DNA from: a virus
Lineage: Duplodnaviria > Caudoviricetes
DNA: 64,000 nucleotides
Reading direction: 5' to 3' (one strand)
IMG/VR virus record: IMGVR_UViG_3300025723_000033
Coordinates: 2,441 to 66,440 of that record
Shown: positions 62,133 through 64,000 of the stretch, piece after piece
How positions within the stretch are numbered: position 1 is the stretch's first letter
Layout of the letters: each line of letters starts with the position of its first letter
Program-made: the position numbers and the translations under genes
The notes under the pieces: model-generated
What the model saw: only the letters and a program-made list of their open reading frames with translations
What the model was told of the DNA's origin: nothing
Databases searched by the model: none

Positions 62133-64000
62133 TGTTAGTACAAGACCTATTTGAAAATCGCATGCATGATGCATACAGTGTGTTCCAGCAACTGGCCGGT
62201 GCAGTGCACAACAGTCAAGACGTTGATTTGAAAATAGGTCACGAAATGATGCCTATTCAGGCATGGCAAGCTCGTTTTTTACTGGGTCAGTACAAGAGCA
62301 TGGCCAAGCGTCAAGGTCCAGATGCAGCCATGAGATTTCTAGCTGACTACAATGCCATTACCGCTGCACTAGATGCCATGGATAGTCGTTTAGCACAGAT
62401 GAAACGCATGCCGGGCAGTTTGCCAGGTCAACGCGGTGTGGCAGAAGGTAACTTAAATGAGTTTGATCCCAGTGGATTCAACGGTGATGGCGAGAGTGAA
62501 AGAAGTCGTAGACTAAGAAAACTATTAAAAATTGCCATAGAAGCAGCAGAGAAGCATAAGGTTGGGTCAATGGACAAGATACTTGCTATGAACACAATAG
62601 CCGGAGATGACTTTTTCAGTATAGCAGTTGAAGGTATATTACCGGATATAACAGATAGAGAGTATATGTATGTGATAGAAAGTGCTTATAAAACAGTAAA
62701 GCAAGGTGTGGCGGAAGGCTACGATGAAGATGATGACAACGAATGTTATACATGTCGTGGCACTGGTGAAGGACAGCATGAAGGTGCTAGTTGTCCTTCA
62801 TGTGGTGGAAGTGGCATAGTGAGACCCACACGCGATGATGACAATTTTGATATTCCTGATGACATGGACGAAGGCGCTATAGAACCAAAAAATCTGCAAA
62901 GATATCATGCAGTAGACACCGGACGCTGGCCAGACGATTCAAATTCACTGGCTGACCGTACTATAGAAATACCAAATATTGCCGCAGTACGTGCAGGCAC
63001 CGCTGCACCAAACAAACACTTTCAGTCTACGCCTTTTCGTACCAATGGTGTAAAGATTGCTACCAAAGTAAAACCCACCATCACGCCTACCCATGTGCAC
63101 CGTCTAGATCGAGACACCACAGTGCCTGACTTTTTAAAGAAGAGCACAACCAAAGAAGATGCCAGACCGGGCCCTTTGGAACGCACGGCCCGCCACACTC
63201 AAAAAAAAACCGTTGACCAACTAACTCACTTGCAGGCCTTGAACGGTCTGGAGGAAACTGTGAGCTTGATGCGAGCCGCCAACCGCCGTATCACAGAAAA
63301 TCTATCTATAATGAGCGAAGCAGGATCACCTGCACAACAGGCCGCCATTGCTATTGCTATGAAAAAAGCTGGCAAGAAACCCAAACACATGAGTGAAGAA
63401 CCGTTGGATGAAAAGTGGAGTCAAAAATACAAAAGTTCAATCAATTGTAGTCACCCCAAAGGATTCTCACAACGAGCCCATTGCGCAGGCAAAAAGAAAC
63501 GCAATGAAAGTGTGGAGATGGAAATGACCTGTCCTGACTGCGGTATGTGCGAAACACATGGTGATCATTCAAGAAATACACTGGATGAAAACTGTTGGAA
63601 AGGTTATCACAAAGAGGGTAACAAAAAGATGTTTGGTAAAACTGTTCCTAACTGTGTGAAGAATGAAGATGCATTGAACGAATTTGCGCCCGGCAGTGGC
63701 GATGATCATGAACCCAATGAAGAAGAAATACTATTTAGGTTAGCCAAACAGTGGTGGTTAGGCACTGAAAAAGATATGATTCGTGTTGAGCGTACACTAG
63801 CAAGCATGGGTTGGGAAATTGGCGAAGATGAAGGATACGATGACGGTGGTGTGTTTGTGGTACGTGCAGGTGATGTCAATGGCAACAGTTATATCTCATG
63901 GCCACATGAAGATTTAACAGAAGGTGTGGCGGAAGAAAAATGTCCGCATTGTAGTGGTCCAATGTTCAGCGAACTAATGATGACAGAAAAGAAAGATGCT
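62132..64000 (+). CDS. Modular polyprotein, 623 codons, open to window end (missed by ORF track)
   Basis: My translation shows no stop from ATG 62132 to 64000; contains GVAE x3, LNEF x2, a CxxCxGxG zinc finger, KWSQKYK..C..PKGFSQRAHC and CWKGY...VPNCV modules. Confidence 0.88.
   Translation, partial: MLVQDLFENRMHDAYSVFQQLAGAVHNSQDVDLKIGHEMMPIQAWQARFLLGQYKSMAKRQGPDAAMRFLADYNAITAALDAMDSRLAQMKRMPGSLPGQRGVAEGNLNEFDPSGFNGDGESERSRRLRKLLKIAIEAAEKHKVGSMDKILAMNTIAGDDFFSIAVEGILPDITDREYMYVIESAYKTVKQGVAEGYDEDDDNECYTCRGTGEGQHEGASCPSCGGSGIVRPTRDDDNFDIPDDMDEGAIEPKNLQRYHAVDTGRWPDDSNSLADRTIEIPNIAAVRAGTAAPNKHFQSTPFRTNGVKIATKVKPTITPTHVHRLDRDTTVPDFLKKSTTKEDARPGPLERTARHTQKKTVDQLTHLQALNGLEETVSLMRAANRRITENLSIMSEAGSPAQQAAIAIAMKKAGKKPKHMSEEPLDEKWSQKYKSSINCSHPKGFSQRAHCAGKKKRNESVEMEMTCPDCGMCETHGDHSRNTLDENCWKGYHKEGNKKMFGKTVPNCVKNEDALNEFAPGSGDDHEPNEEEILFRLAKQWWLGTEKDMIRVERTLASMGWEIGEDEGYDDGGVFVVRAGDVNGNSYISWPHEDLTEGVAEEKCPHCSGPMFSELMMTEKKDA
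62703..62717 (+). repeat. AAGGTGTGGCGGAAG copy 2
   Basis: Exact match to 53969-53983. Confidence 0.9.
63921..63935 (+). repeat. AAGGTGTGGCGGAAG copy 3
   Basis: Exact match to 53969-53983. Confidence 0.9.

Noticed and set aside
62744-62816. Zinc finger as the missing part of the DnaJ at 48209 (split gene)
   Set aside because: Zn-finger-less DnaJ/CbpA proteins are normal and CxxCxGxG fingers are common in phage proteins; 14 kb apart with no link
63201-63209. A9 run as a programmed frameshift or phase-variation site
   Set aside because: The ORF reads through in frame to the window end, so no shift is needed; it remains a possible slippage site but has no supporting evidence
1-64000. Stop-codon reassignment as seen in some large phages
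   Set aside because: Recognisable proteins are full length under code 11, and TAG and TGA stops fall at gene ends followed by the next gene or promoter
1-64000. tRNA, tmRNA or rRNA genes
   Set aside because: No cloverleaf with T-loop GTTC(G/A)A and matching acceptor stem noticed in the short intergenic gaps; a tRNAscan-SE run would be needed to be certain

Overview
This window is a 64-kb segment of a large, AT-rich, lytic-type myovirus genome of the T4-like/jumbo kind. The evidence is a gp44-like clamp loader, PhoH, a GroES co-chaperonin, gp55-type TAAATA late promoters, long Gly/Asn-rich tail-fibre and baseplate genes, and a GH19 endolysin with spanins and a holin. The Bug/TctC and ErpA genes hint at a betaproteobacterial, probably aquatic, host (inference). 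Standard code 11 fits. No tRNA, rRNA, CRISPR array, integrase or reverse transcriptase was seen. Layout: 1-16.9 kb small accessory and early genes (DNA methyltransferase with HNH genes, GT9-like pair, rubrerythrin/rubredoxin, an array of sigma70 promoter cassettes, SleB, IF-1, SOD, ErpA); 17-26.4 kb tail and baseplate genes; 26.4-32.8 kb replication and chaperone genes (DnaE fragment, GroES, clamp loader, HAD phosphatase, PhoH); 32.8-43 kb a metabolic island (diiron enzyme, glutamine amidotransferase, TctC, 2OG-Fe(II) oxygenase, sulfotransferase-like proteins, APS kinase) with mirror-image flanks; 43-47.5 kb lysis genes; 47.5-53 kb DnaJ and ClpA; 53.3-64 kb probable head-packaged polyproteins. 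The most striking signal lies in that last block. In-frame modules of about 80-90 codons start with L-x-E-F-(A/D)-P and end in G-V-A-E. The GVAE end is conserved at the DNA level (AAGGTGTGGCGGAAG, three exact copies). One site looks empty (LNEFA-QGVAE) and one filled module has foreign codon usage. This suggests cassette-like shuffling of small effector domains inside prohead-protease-processed polyproteins. Also notable are the apparently leaderless late genes (TAAATA-N4-5-ATG) and several genes missed by the ORF track: rubredoxin, small membrane peptides, and a 623-codon ORF that runs off the right end. All family assignments come from motif recognition by eye, not database searches.
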